Shown here: piece after piece, positions 31,014 to 43,252 of the stretch
Numbering within the stretch: the stretch's first letter is position 1
Layout of the letters: each line of letters begins with the position of its first letter
Origin: Lingula anatina
Taxonomy: Eukaryota; Animalia; Brachiopoda
NCBI GenBank assembly: GCA_051362555.1
Contig: CM120643.1
Coordinates: 12,870,644 to 12,934,643, forward strand
Length of the DNA: 64,000 nt
Reading direction: 5' to 3'
Made by a program: the position numbers and the translations under genes
The notes under the pieces: generated by a model
Databases searched by the model: none
Seen by the model: only the letters and a program-made list of their open reading frames with translations
Told to the model about the DNA's origin: nothing

Positions 31014-32506
31014 GGGGAGAATCAATGGTTTAAAAATTTAAGTTTGAATATGCAAGGGTATCAAATATTATCTTCATATATCAAAAATAAAAAGTGAGTC
31101 TTATCGTCTATGTCAGAAATTTTTATTCAATTTACAGGTAAATTATAGTTATCTGTTCATGTCAGAGATACCATAATTCATGTACGGATTCTTTGAGAAA
31201 ATTTAACAATTAGACCTAAATGCACTGTATATATCACTTTGATTTAAAGTTACCCCTACATACATGTAATTCAACATAAATCATCTTATGAATAATAAGT
31301 TAAATTTCGCTTGCTTTAGAAAGCCAACGCTACTCCTCTCTTTCTTTCTTGGTATACATTATTTTGAGAATGGTAATACATTCTTGAATATTTAGGTGGG
31401 TATCAAAGCACGCACGTAAGCCGATGCATCTAGAACGTCAGTCAACATTGGGAGAGCCATACACAGTAGAACTCGGAAACCCCAGTACCGGGAAATTTTG
31501 TTTCAGCTATTACGCGGGGATTCGAGTTAGGCAATGTTCAAATTAATTTCAGCTTATTAACAAAAAAATCTGCTCCATATGATTTGTTCAAGATAAACGA
31601 TAATTGGGGGAAACACGTTACGTTGAAGAAGCGTATTTTAATAATATTTTGGTAGAAAATATTAAACATTATACATCTAAACGTATTAGGCGGGCGGGAG
31701 CTCGAGGGAAAGGGGGCGCACAGCAGCTTCGGTTAAACCATTTTAAGAAAATCCTCAGCACTCTAGTCTTTACTAAAAAATACTCCAGCGAATAAATTTC
31801 AAATATTGATGGAATACTAGCATTTCTCTCAAGTGAATTAAAGAGGTACTTTCCTGTCGGCGAATAGCACAAGTCAAAAGGAAGCCAAGATGGTACTTTT
31901 TATATTTATTTTATTTGTTTTATCAATAACACAAACATAATTTCGAACTAACGATGGTCCGCTTCGCAATGGCGGTGACCAATCGACGATGTTGCGTTGT
32001 TCGAGAATTGTCCATCACCGTGTTTTCGTACAAACCCTGAAAGTGAACAAAACAGTGAATAAATATCAAGACACTTGTCATGAAGAACATTTTTTTTTTA
32101 TCTAATGATGATCCAACCACACTGGAATGATTTTGGATAACAATTTGAGGACGACAGAAATTATAAACGTTTCCAATGTTTTAACTTAGAACCCAAAGGA
32201 AATATAACTTGAAACGTTTAATCCACATTTATAGGCATTAAAGTACTTTCCGCGTGAAATAAGACATTTTGAACGTAAAGATCCGCTTATTGCTATGACG
32301 ACCGAGTTGTAATACATGCATTTTGAATAGATTGATCGATTGTCACATTGTGTAATTGTAATGTTTAAAAACTTTGATATGCTTAGAACTTGGAAATCAG
32401 TTTTCTTATCTTTCGATTTTAAAAATTGACTCATGAGTATGTTTGCATTCTAAGACTTAAGCATAACAAGCGTCTGTTGAAAAACAAAAATAAAACTTAC
32501 AACTTT

Positions 32507-33456
32507 TTATCCCTTCTTAAGGTAGCCGTAACCGTATCCGTAGCCTCTGACGGCAGCGGCGGCTCTGGCGGCAGCAGCGGCTCTGGCGGCAGCGGCGGCT
32601 CTGGCGGCAGCGGCAGCTCTGGCGGCAGCAGCGGCTCTGGCGGCAGCGGCGGCTCTAGCTCTGACGGCAGCTCTGACGCCAGCCTCGTTACGGGCGGCGG
32701 CAGCAGCGGCGCCGGCGGCAGCAGCAGCAGCGGCCTCAGCACCATCAGCAGCGTCGTCAGATGCGGCAGCCTTGGAGGCAGCGGAACCGGCTACGGCAGC
32801 AGCTCTGGCGGCGGCATCAGCAGCGACAGCAGCAGCAGCACGGGCACGGGCAGCGGTGTTCTCGGCAACGGTGGCAGCCTGAGCAGCCTCATTGGCAGCC
32901 TCACGGGCAGCAGCAGCAGCAGCCTCAGCAGCAGCGGCGGCAGCAGCCTTCTCCTGGGCGGTGGCGGCCTTGCTGGCAGCAACAGCCTCGGCGGCATTGG
33001 CAGCAGCAGCAGCGGCGTGTGCGGTTCTCTTGGCGTTGGCGGCAGCAGCCTGGGCAGCGGCGGCAGCAGCAGCCTCAGCGTCGGCAGCAGCTCTGGCGTT
33101 GGCAGCGGCGTTGGCGGCGGCAGCAGCGCGGTCGTTGGCGGCGGCCTTCACGGCCTCTCCGGCGCTAAAACACAATATTTCTGTATTTTAATATGCCATA
33201 TTCGTACTAATCAAAATCATCCTATTAACCATTTAAATTCAACTTGTATTAATCTTTCAAAACATCCTTAGTTATTACTATGTAGCTATTTTCCACTTTC
33301 TCCTTTATTCAAGTTTCATCACCAACTTAAAAAAAAAAAGGAAAATCCGTTTGCGAGAGAAAAAGGCTAACTGCAGATTGCTCACCTGAAGTCATATCCG
33401 AACTTGCCGAAGGCGCAAGTGTAGGCAACACAAAGAGCAAGGATGAACAGCTTCAT
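32507..33456 (-). CDS. Secreted alanine-rich coiled-coil protein B, subtype 1, 242 aa
   Basis: Exon 1 33456-33386 (MKLFILALCVAYTCAFGKFGYDF), exon 2 33164-32507 (close paralog of A, tail GYGYGYGYLKKG). 3'UTR intron 32500-32037. Confidence 0.9.
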
Positions 33457-34018
33457 GGTGACGATCGGGAGACGAGAGAATACCCTGTGACAACCCTTCA
33501 GATCTTCACGCTTTTATACGCACCAGCCCGAAGAGACCAATAAATTATCTTTATTTGTTTTCGAGTCAAATGTCGCTTTTTTCTTTAAATGCGACAAGAA
33601 AAGGAAAATCTCCAGACAATACCGCAATTTTATCCGAATTATTGTTATTGGCATGCGATTGAATCAGATTTACTTGATTGAGTGAAGTGGCTTATTAATT
33701 AGAAACGAAGACCTTTTAGCGTGACACCTATGCTTTATTTGAGCAACTGCATTCACGTCACGCAATTTGTTTGTTTTTTTCTTCAGAGACTGCTTTCATG
33801 AACAGTCAAATGATCTGGTCCAACCAGCATGAAATTGAAATATGCATGCAAATCAGGAACGTGAAAAACCCATATAAATCAATTTAATTCCTAAAATTCA
33901 TGTTCAAAGACGAGAAAAACAACAAAAATGGGCGTCCCAAAAAAAGCCAGATCGGCCTATAAAAGGTTGCTGGAGCTAGTAGCCAAGCACTGGTGATCAA
34001 AACCTCCACGTCTCTAAC
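33457..34018. promoter_or_regulatory. Divergent promoter shared by genes B and C
   Basis: 562 bp between the two ATGs; outward-facing TATAAAAG boxes at 33518-33511 (-) and 33958-33965 (+). Confidence 0.8.
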
Positions 34019-35101
34019 ATGAAGCTCGTCATTCTTGCTCTCTGCGTGGCTGCTGCCGCTGCTGTTGGAAAGGGTCGTTATGGCCTCTATGGCTACTATG
34101 ACTACCGTGGTGTCGTTGCCAAGTAAGTTAACTTATTCTTTTTCAGATTTTTTTAATCAAGTTTTGTTTAACTTTGGTGTTTCTAGAACTTATGTGAAAT
34201 GGTTCATTCAAACCTTTATTTGCTATTCAGCCTTTTTTTTTTGTTTAATTTCAATATTCTGTACCGGGATTTTCATTTATTTTCTTCTCTCTCTCTCTTT
34301 GTTAAATTTAGAGGGAAATTAACTGTGAGAGAACAAGACATTTCTTTAGCCTAGTGTTAAGATGATTGAAAATGATAAACCAAGATTTCATCTCCTGTAT
34401 ACGGATCATGATTTCGTTTTGTATATTCCAGCGCTGCTGCCGCTAGAGTAGCCGCCGACAACCGTGCTGCTGCTGCTGGTGCCGCTGCCGGTAATGCTAG
34501 AAATGCTGCCAACGCCGATGCTGCTGCCGCTGCCAATGCTGCTGCTGCCGCTGGCGCCGCTAGAGGTGTTGCTGCCGACCGTGCCAACGTTGCTGCTGCT
34601 GCTACCGCTGCTGCTGCTGCTGCCAGAGCCGACGCCAACGACAAGGAAGCTGCTGCTCAGGCTGCTGCCGCTGCTGCCGCTGCTGCCCGTGCCGAGGCCA
34701 ACGAGGCTGCCGCTGATGCCGCTGCTGCTGCCGCTGCTGCTGGCCGTGCCCGTGCTTCTGCCAACGCCGCTGGTGCTGCCTCCGCCGCCGCCGCTGACGA
34801 CGCCGCTGCCAAGGCTGCCAGTGCCGCCGCCGCTGACAATGCTGCTGATGGTGCCGAGGGTGCTGCCGCCGCTGCTGCCAACCGTGCCGCCAGAGTCAGT
34901 GCTGCCGTCGACGCTAGAGCCGCTAGAGCTAGAGCCGCCATCGAGGCCGCCAGACAGGCCGCTGCTGCCAGAGCTGCCGCTGCCGCTAGAGCTGCTGAGG
35001 CCGCCAGAGCTGCCGCTGCCGCCAGAGCTGCCGAGGCCGCTGCTGCTGCCCAAGCCGCCCAGTTCAAAGGATTCGGCTACGGATACCCCAAGAAGGGTTA
35101 A
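34019..35101 (+). CDS. Secreted alanine-rich coiled-coil protein C, subtype 2, 257 aa (not in ORF track)
   Basis: Exon 1 34019-34122 (MKLVILALCVAAAAAVGKGRYGLYGYYDYRGVVA), phase-2 intron, exon 2 34432-35101 (NAAAARVAADNRAAAAG...QAAQFKGFGYGYPKKG*). 3'UTR intron 35105-35337; AATAAA at ~35466. Confidence 0.9.
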
Positions 35102-38100
35102 ATGGTAAGGCTCATTGGTTTTATATTTTAGCCCTTATTTTATAAACTGCCCTGTCTTCAAATATGTTCATATTTACTCCAGCATTTTTCCTTTAAAATA
35201 TTAAGATCTGCTTCGAATTTACCCATATATTCGTTTTTACTTCAAATTCAAATTATGATAATCTACAAGACATTATATATTCTTTACTTTAAATTGGCCA
35301 CTTTTAAAGATTTCATTTTCTGATTTTTTTCTTTCAGACGTTTAGCGTGTGCGGTGATGGAAACCCAGTGGACGACAAGACCAACATCGTCGTTGAACGT
35401 TGGCATTTTTCTTGAGAATGCCGATTGTCGTTTGCTGATATTTTGTGTTAGTTACACTCTATAAAAATAAAAATTAAAAAAATTATAAATTTTTTGTTTT
35501 CTTCTTTAACGTTTTCTTCTTTTATTTCATGAAGTTTTGAGATTCACTGATTCATATTAAACACGCGACAATTAATTTTTTTCAACTTTTTCATTTGAGT
35601 AAAATATCGAATTTTGAAAACATGGACAGTAATGAATTTTTCTCAAGACAAAAGAAATTAATAGCGAACTCGAATGTTTAAATGTAGTATTTAGAATAAA
35701 TGAACAAATGGATGAACAAAAGAAGAAATTAACTTTGGGTAGCTATAAAAAGAATAGCGAACGCGAACACATTAAGTTTTAATGTACTATTCATTGTCAG
35801 TAACTCGCCCACTGAACCCGTTAGAGATTCGCATTAGAAAGGGTAATTGAATAGACATCTTACTCATATCTAAGCTATGGTTTAGTAATCGTGCTCACTC
35901 ACTTAAAGATATAATTGAAAAATAAAAAAGATAACATTATAAAGCACAGTGCGGTCCCTGTTTTAGTTGATTTCCAATCTCTTCAATTAGTAAAGATGGG
36001 GTCAAACTGATAGGGAAGGACTACTCTATCTTATAACTGGTTTACACATATTTTATTGTTCTTAAATTTTGTACAATTGCAAACATACAAGACTTTCTGT
36101 ATCCGGGCTAAATAAGTAGACAGCGAACAGTGGGGCTATTTCATATTTCTGTTTTTCTTCATTATATTTGCGTGTAGTTAACCCATGGGTATGGCATCCA
36201 GTTAACAAAATAAACCGATTCGAGGCGGGCCATTAGTTTGCTGAAGGATTCCATGTACATGCAAGAAGAATAAAAAGCAGAGACAAATCAAATAAAACGT
36301 AGCTTGGGAAATGCAATATACATTTGGCTACGTTGTGCAAATTTATTGTCTGGACGCTCTTAATGGTTTTAACACGCGATTCAGCATTAAGAAAACTTTC
36401 TTTACTGTACAATCCCATAAACCATTGCGCCTACTGTATCAAAGAGAATGAATGTAATTACTAAGATAGAAATGAAGATAGACATGGTATTAGGGAGGTG
36501 GAAATTTGAAACAGATGTTGTTTAGCCTAATGCTCACCTGATGGTATGCGTAGACATACAGACTGGTTTTTAAGTTACTGACTTCTCTGAACCTCATTAT
36601 TCCCTTTCACTTAATACATGTACCCCGGTATGATGAAATCCCCCTTATCCTTCCCTCCTAGACGAATCGTGACACCCCTCCATTTCATATAAATATTTCA
36701 TTTTAGAGTCTTTGTTGTAGGATACTGGAATTCAAATAAATCCCCAAAGGCAACACGTCCTGTTTATCATTTGGACATGTCTTGTTTTCCCCATGTCATT
36801 CCCTTTTTTCACACAACTCTGTCGCGTCTCCGCCGGTCGTTCTACATGTAAGTCTTATACGGGTCGTCCGGCCCATTGTCGTTAATAGGTTCAGATTTCT
36901 TAATTGATATACACCTCCACGAGTAGAGTACAATCACGGATATAGACAACTAACTTCATCGTTACAAAAATAACTAAATACTACATACATGTAACCATAT
37001 GCTAGATTTGATCTCGACGCCTATCAACTTTTTGCCCTCATTAATATGCATAGGCCAGGTTAAATGATGTGGTCACCAAATATTTTGTATAAAATTCATT
37101 TTTTAACTTGTTAAATTTCATTGTTAATGTAAATCCCTATGGTTGCTCAATCTGTGCTTACAAGCGAATAGGTTTATTTGTTTGACGGAATATAGTCCAA
37201 CTCTTGTTCGGATAAATCCCCTATTTAAGAAAAGACCGGCTCACCGTTTAGGAGTCTTGTACACTGTGCTGCGGACTAGCTTATGTGTCAGAGGATTACG
37301 TCGGTAATTATTAATTGAACACTGACAGAATCTTTTACTGTTCTACTAATATCATTTATAATTCCCTGGTATAAGCAAATACTACATGTACCGTCTAAAA
37401 GACACGTGGAAATGCTACCTTTGGCTGACTAAAGAACATACTGCCTTCATACATTCGCAGGTTATTACCAAAAACCGTTGACGACGCGTTTCCTTTTTTG
37501 GCCTTTCATTTCGATGCAACATGCATGAAATGACAATATTCGGTTCCAAGGGTCAACCGTCGGTGGGCGTGGGAACACTGACGTTTCTAACAAACTCTCG
37601 CGAGATCTCGTACGTGATTTTACATCACGCTACGTCATGTCTAAGTTGATGCTCTCGTCTTGACTGAACAAAAGCGATAATCACGGGACTGATACGCTTT
37701 AAGTAAATAACTTGAGTGATTGATTTCAAGTTGAGATTAAATGTATCTTGCCATCTATAATCACTGAAAAATGAAAATCAAGTGATGTTGAGGGGGACAA
37801 GGGGTCCTTGTAAGAAGGAGGGGTGGAGCCGTAAATGGATTTTCATATCTTCAGAAATAAAAATTATGCCGGGGAAACAGCGAGCAAAGTTCAGTATAGT
37901 CTTTTGAAAAATTGGGAAAGATCCCAAGCAGCAATAAAAAGTTCTTTTTTCTATTCGAAAAAGAAAAATAATATACGGACTATTTACTGACTTTGTACTA
38001 TACTAGTACCATAAAATGACGAAATAAGACAAAGCGTGAATAAATACAATATTGAAATATGAATCAGCGTTTTCTTCTGTTTGACTGGCAAAGAGCTATT

Positions 38101-39806
38101 GTGGATATCTTCATTATGGAGTCAATTGTTATGGCAAAAATTAACTTAACAAGATAAAAGTAATCGTTGATGGTATCTTCCCAGTAGGCTGAAGAAAACT
38201 CGCGCGCAGCACGCGACCAAATTCTGACAACAGAAAAGGTGATACATGAAAAAACCTTTTATGATTTCGAAGTTGTTAAACAGGTTTTCCAAGATACGTG
38301 TAGCAAAAATAGTGCAGGGAATTTGATCACTTCAGAAGAAACTTATTATTCGAATCCCTGGCTTTAGTATCCGAGAAGTTCCTCCCAAACCCCACAATAC
38401 AGTAAAAATAAACCAGTACAAAAACTATTTATTAACTTTCTATCTTTAGATAATGAAGAATTCCGCATACCACCAGCGATGAGCGTGCAGCGTGTCTGGA
38501 TTACGCCGGATCCCCGTTAATTATAACCGAAACACGTCACATGCACCACATGTATTGAGGTGCTCAGGCACACCCCTTACTGTGGCAAACGAGGCACGTG
38601 GCGTTAAGTACTGTACCGTATAAACTGGGCGGTCACAAGATGCACACGTACACGTGTATTTAGCGTAAGAATGCGATTCAGAAACATTATTAAAATCTCT
38701 CATTAGAACTCTCATTATATGATGAGTCACAGTCAAGTTACCTTTTCGTGTTGCAATAAGAAAAAGGCCAGTGAAGTAGCGGAGGAGGTGAAAATAACTC
38801 AACTGCTTAGAATGATAAAACCCGCTGTACTCGCCGTGATTACCATTCACACTTTCCATCTCGTGTTCCAAAGTTCTTCTGCGTATTTGTCTTGTCATTG
38901 TTCCATCGAACCTAATCCATGACAAAGGTAAATTGAAGCAAAAGAATATTTACGGGCAACTGAAGAAAACGGCAAACTTTTCGTAAACGGCATACTACGT
39001 TTTCTGCATTTAAAGAGTGTCCATCTCTCACTGAGCCAACAGATAAAAGGTTTAAGTTATGCCAAACGCCTGTGTCGTGCAAAGGAAGTATACGAAAAAC
39101 GATTCTCGTCCACCCCCGTCCACAGACATCAAAACAGCAGACACATTCTAGAATGTGAGTCGACTTTTAATGCTATAAAAAAAGAAAAAGTGAACTGAAA
39201 TATTCATAAGTGTTATATAACTTGAATGTACCATGATGAAAATTTTTTGATCTTCAGAAATCGCAAGTGTGAAACAAAATCTAAATTCAGAATCGCGAAA
39301 ATGGTGGTTATTCAAAGTGTCTCGAACAACAATAAATATATAAACAGTAAAATGCGTTTACTTACTTGTGAAACTGACACTTGTAAAAGAAGAAAATACA
39401 TCGAAGGCGCGATCAAAATCAGTTTTCGCCGAGTTAATCGCGGCTTAATCCTCCCCTATTCTTTCAATCTTAACCCGTGAATGAGACTACTTTAATGTTT
39501 TTCGTTATTGTTGTATTTAATTGAATTTACCATTACTATATGTTAACTGCACCTGTCAGTCCGTTAATGCAGTTTTAGCATGCAATTTGGAAATAGGTAT
39601 AATTCTTTTATTCATTTCAGTCGCACCATATATAATGTTTTACTAGAAATTTATATCAATCATTTCCAATATGACGACAACTGTTTTAATATATGTTGAG
39701 GTAAAGTGTGGCATGAAAAGCGAGAAATTCAACAATACAGCATTATTGTAGTTTTTCCTCAACTTGACTAAAGCATGAAAACCGAATATTCATTATACTT
39801 CACTAA

Positions 39807-40228
39807 AGGGCTCATTCCCATTTAAACTATAGGTCTACATAGATCGATCACAGATGAACACGCCTCACCTTGTTTTTACAGCGTACACGTATAATCACTA
39901 CCCTCTACCAGGACCACAGATTTTTTTACTAGGTATTTTAATACTATTAATTATAACTATGAATAATAAGAAGTAATAATAATAATATGTTAAAACAGAT
40001 ATGTCTCTGGTTAAATAGACGGCAATTCTCTGTACTGTGCAAAAAATGTCCACAGAATAATAACTGCGGCCCTGGTAGAGGGTATATAAACACCAACTTT
40101 TCTGTATTCTACTCAACCTAAGGAGGAAGCATATCACGTTAATCTGTTAAACTGACTGTACACAGCGAGAGTCCCCGCGGAATTGGATTAGTCTACTTAG
40201 AACGATAGTTTCAATGGGTCTGAACCCT
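39807..40228. mobile_element. Third copy of the MITE family with a different interior
   Basis: Left agggctcattccca...tagatcgatc; right cagcgagagtcccc...gatagtttcaatgggtctgaaccct. Confidence 0.65.
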
Positions 40229-40518
40229 AAGAATGGCACGAACAGGTAGACAGTCAACAAAGCCCTTCAGAAGTGAGCCAAGACTGATGCACCAACGCGG
40301 CACCACCAATGCCCACTCTGTATTTGGAGACGTTCTATTATATATTTTCCCTTATAAGACATGACTAACATATGAAAACCAGATATTCATTATTGTGTCA
40401 CAAGACTCCCTCAAGGTGACCGTTAAAGTACTTATTTAAAAAAAAACAAGAAATAAAAAAATGGAGCCTTCTCAGTTGGGCAATGATTTCATTAAAAGTT
40501 ATTTCATGTCGACATTCC

Positions 40519-40520
<2 letters not shown>

Positions 40521-40577
<57 letters not shown>

Positions 40578-40598
40578 GTGTGTGTGTGTGTGTGTGTG
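40521..40598. repeat. Compound (ATT)n(GT)n microsatellite
   Basis: Directly visible. Confidence 0.9.
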
Positions 40599-42084
40599 TT
40601 GGACGATCATCAGTTTTATATTAGAAATCTTTTAGGGTCTTTTGGAGTCATCGTTTTTATCGTTGTTTGTGTAATTGTTGGCAGACATTGATTGCTAGTT
40701 GTGACTGGTTTGAGACAGGTGACAGTAGTCAAATACCTAGATACACCTAATGTTTACGCGCTAGAATATTGGCCATGAATACTCAATCAAATATTACTTA
40801 CTGATATTTTAATTTTTGAATTTGGCATTATACTTATGTGCATGAGCACCAGTTAAATTTTTTATATTTCTTCATGAATGCAGCGCCCTTTAGCACCCAG
40901 AGCATCTCAGGTAGGATATATATACAATGCGCTATTTTGGGTTGACATAGTAACCTCAGAAACGCTAGTATTACGTCTCCCGGGACACCATTGGACCATT
41001 GTGGAAAATCTATGAATAATTGTATTCACATTTCATAAGTTTAATCATTCATATGCTGTGAGAGCGGTTTTGTGATATCTTTTTGGCGTATTTACCTCAC
41101 TATAAGTTATTTTTAGGATCTTTTTTTTTTTTTTTACGAATTTCTTACTTTTTGAACACATCTGCATAGTTCAATGAATTCACTTCGAGGATAACTTAAC
41201 TGAATAAGTCAAAATATCTAAAATGTCTTATCACATGACGACCTTCAGGAATTTTAGTGCATTCAATTTTCTTTCCAGACAAACGAACTTAGAACGCATT
41301 GCAGGAAGTACCTCAGTACGCACGCGCATTTGTATTGGCACCTGAACGCTCAGAAAACAACCCGATCCCTGTATTTGGAAACTATTATGCCGTCCAAATT
41401 TTTAAATTCTGTCTCAATAATTTCGTCGAAACTGAATTTAGAGGGAAAAAGGGAAAAGGGGAGTTCATTGCTGTTTTTCTTTGTTTAGCCACAAAGTTAA
41501 GTGCACCATTTTCAAGTAAATTCACGCTGTTTTTGTCACATACTTTCCAACAATCTATATCTATATCAATAATTCATTAGGTATTCAAATGAACAAAGTC
41601 AGATGTATATATTTTTATATTTTTTATATTTATTACAATTGTAATCACAGTACACATCACACAGAATATCAGCAAACGACGGAATATCGTTAATAATTGC
41701 GAGCGTTCTACGACGAGGGTGGTCGCGTCGTCTGTGAGGTTACCTTCACCACTCTACATGCTGCATCTGAAAGAGGATAGAAGCATAATTAAAAACCTGA
41801 GAGTTGAAAATGTTTTTGTGCCATCCTCTCAGTATTGCGACACTAGTATCACACCCATTGACGAAACCGCCCTCCTTGTCAAGATCTCCATTTGTACGCA
41901 GTATTGATAATTTCGTTCCATTTCTTAATTAAAAGATGACTGAATTAATACCTCTGACTCTCATTCTTCAGTTCGTTCTTATCTCATTTATGTACTTAAT
42001 CTATTAAAGTCAAATACCAGAATTTAACATAGTGAGTGGAAGAAATAACTTTAGAAACTATAGATGAATACAGATGATTACCGT

Positions 42085-43177
42085 TTAATAAACATTCTTT
42101 CCGTAACCACCGTATCCGTAATCAAGGTCAGCGTAACCATAGCCTGGAGCCTTGACGACAGCGGCGGCTCTGGCGGCAGCAGCGGCTCTGGCAGCAGCGG
42201 CGGCTCTGGCGGCAGCAGCGGCTTGGGCAGCAGCAGCGGCTCTGGCTCTGGCAGCAGCAGCCTGTCTGGCGGCCTCGATGGCGGCTCTAGCTCTAGCGGC
42301 TCTAGCGTCGACGGTAGCGCTAACTCTGACAGCACGGTCGGCAGCAACAGCGGCGGCACCAGCGGCACCATCGGCAACATTGTCAGCACGGACAGCGCTG
42401 GCTGTCTTGACAGCGGCATGGGCATCAGCGGCGTTGGAGGCACCAGCAGCGGCGTTGGCAGCAGCACGGGCACGAGCAGCGGCAGCGGCAGCAGCAGCGG
42501 CATCAGCGGCAGCCTCGTTGGCCTCAGCACGGGCAGCAGCGGCAGCGTGGGCAGCAGCCTGAGCAAAAGCTTCCTTGTCGTTGGCGTCGGCTCTGGCAGC
42601 AGCAGCAGCAGCGGTAGCAGCAGCAGCAACGTTGGCACGGTCGGCAGCAACACCTCTAGCGGCGCCAGCGGCAGCAGCAGCATTGGCAGCGTAAGCAGCA
42701 TCGGCGTTGGCAGCATTTCTAGCGTTACCGGCGGCGGCACCAGCAGCGGCAGCACGGTTGGCGGCGGCTACTCTAACAGCAGCAGCGCTAAAGTATAATA
42801 TGTCAATATGTTAAAAATAGAACTTGATATCCCTCAACTGAGAAAAATAAAGAAGAACAACAAAGATAACTAAAATGCACATTTTCAAAGGCCTATTGAC
42901 CAATCGCATAAAATAAAATAAAATAGGTTTGCTAAAACAAACGAAATCTTGACCGATCAGATATTAGCTGTAAGGAAAAAAATTCAATTTATTGTTGCTT
43001 TGTATTTAAAATAAATTCAAAAAGATAAAAATAAAATAAAAAAGTCAGAGTATAAAATCTGCATGCTTACTTGGCGATGGCACCACGGTAGTTATAGTGT
43101 CCATAATCGTAACCATAACGTCCCTTTCCAACAGCAGCGGCAGCAGCCACGCAAAGAGCAAGAATGATGAACTTCAT
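42085..43177 (-). CDS. Secreted alanine-rich coiled-coil protein D, subtype 2, 269 aa (not in ORF track)
   Basis: Exon 1 43177-43071 (MKFIILALCVAAAAAVGKGRYGYDYGHYNYRGAIA), exon 2 42787-42085 (paralog of C, tail VVKAPGYGYADLDYGYGGYGKNVY*). 3'UTR intron 42081-41767. Confidence 0.9.
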
Positions 43178-43244
43178 ATTTGAGGCTTTGAGGTCAGATC
43201 CGAGCCGAGAAATCAAGGATAGTGAGGTGGACACACAGGTCAAC

Positions 43245-43252
43245 CTTTTATA
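43245..43252 (-). promoter_or_regulatory. TATA box of gene D
   Basis: cctataaaaggttg on the minus strand, identical to the TATA context of gene C. Confidence 0.75.

Noticed and set aside
35500-41600. Additional paralog or pseudogene of the Ala-rich family between C and D
   Set aside because: No GCN-rich tract or MKxxILALCV signal exon found on either strand by eye.
28426-42787. Assignment to spidroin, MSI60/Shelk2, suckerin or elastin families
   Set aside because: No Gly-rich spacers between short poly-Ala blocks and no recognisable terminal domains; the resemblance is compositional only.
28319-42798. Gly/Ser-rich, Leu/Pro-rich, Gln/Arg-rich and antisense poly-Ala ORFs overlapping the four Ala-rich genes
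   Set aside because: Shadow frames of GCY codon runs, which contain no stops in other frames. Only one frame per locus has a signal exon, splice sites, TATA box and poly(A) signal.
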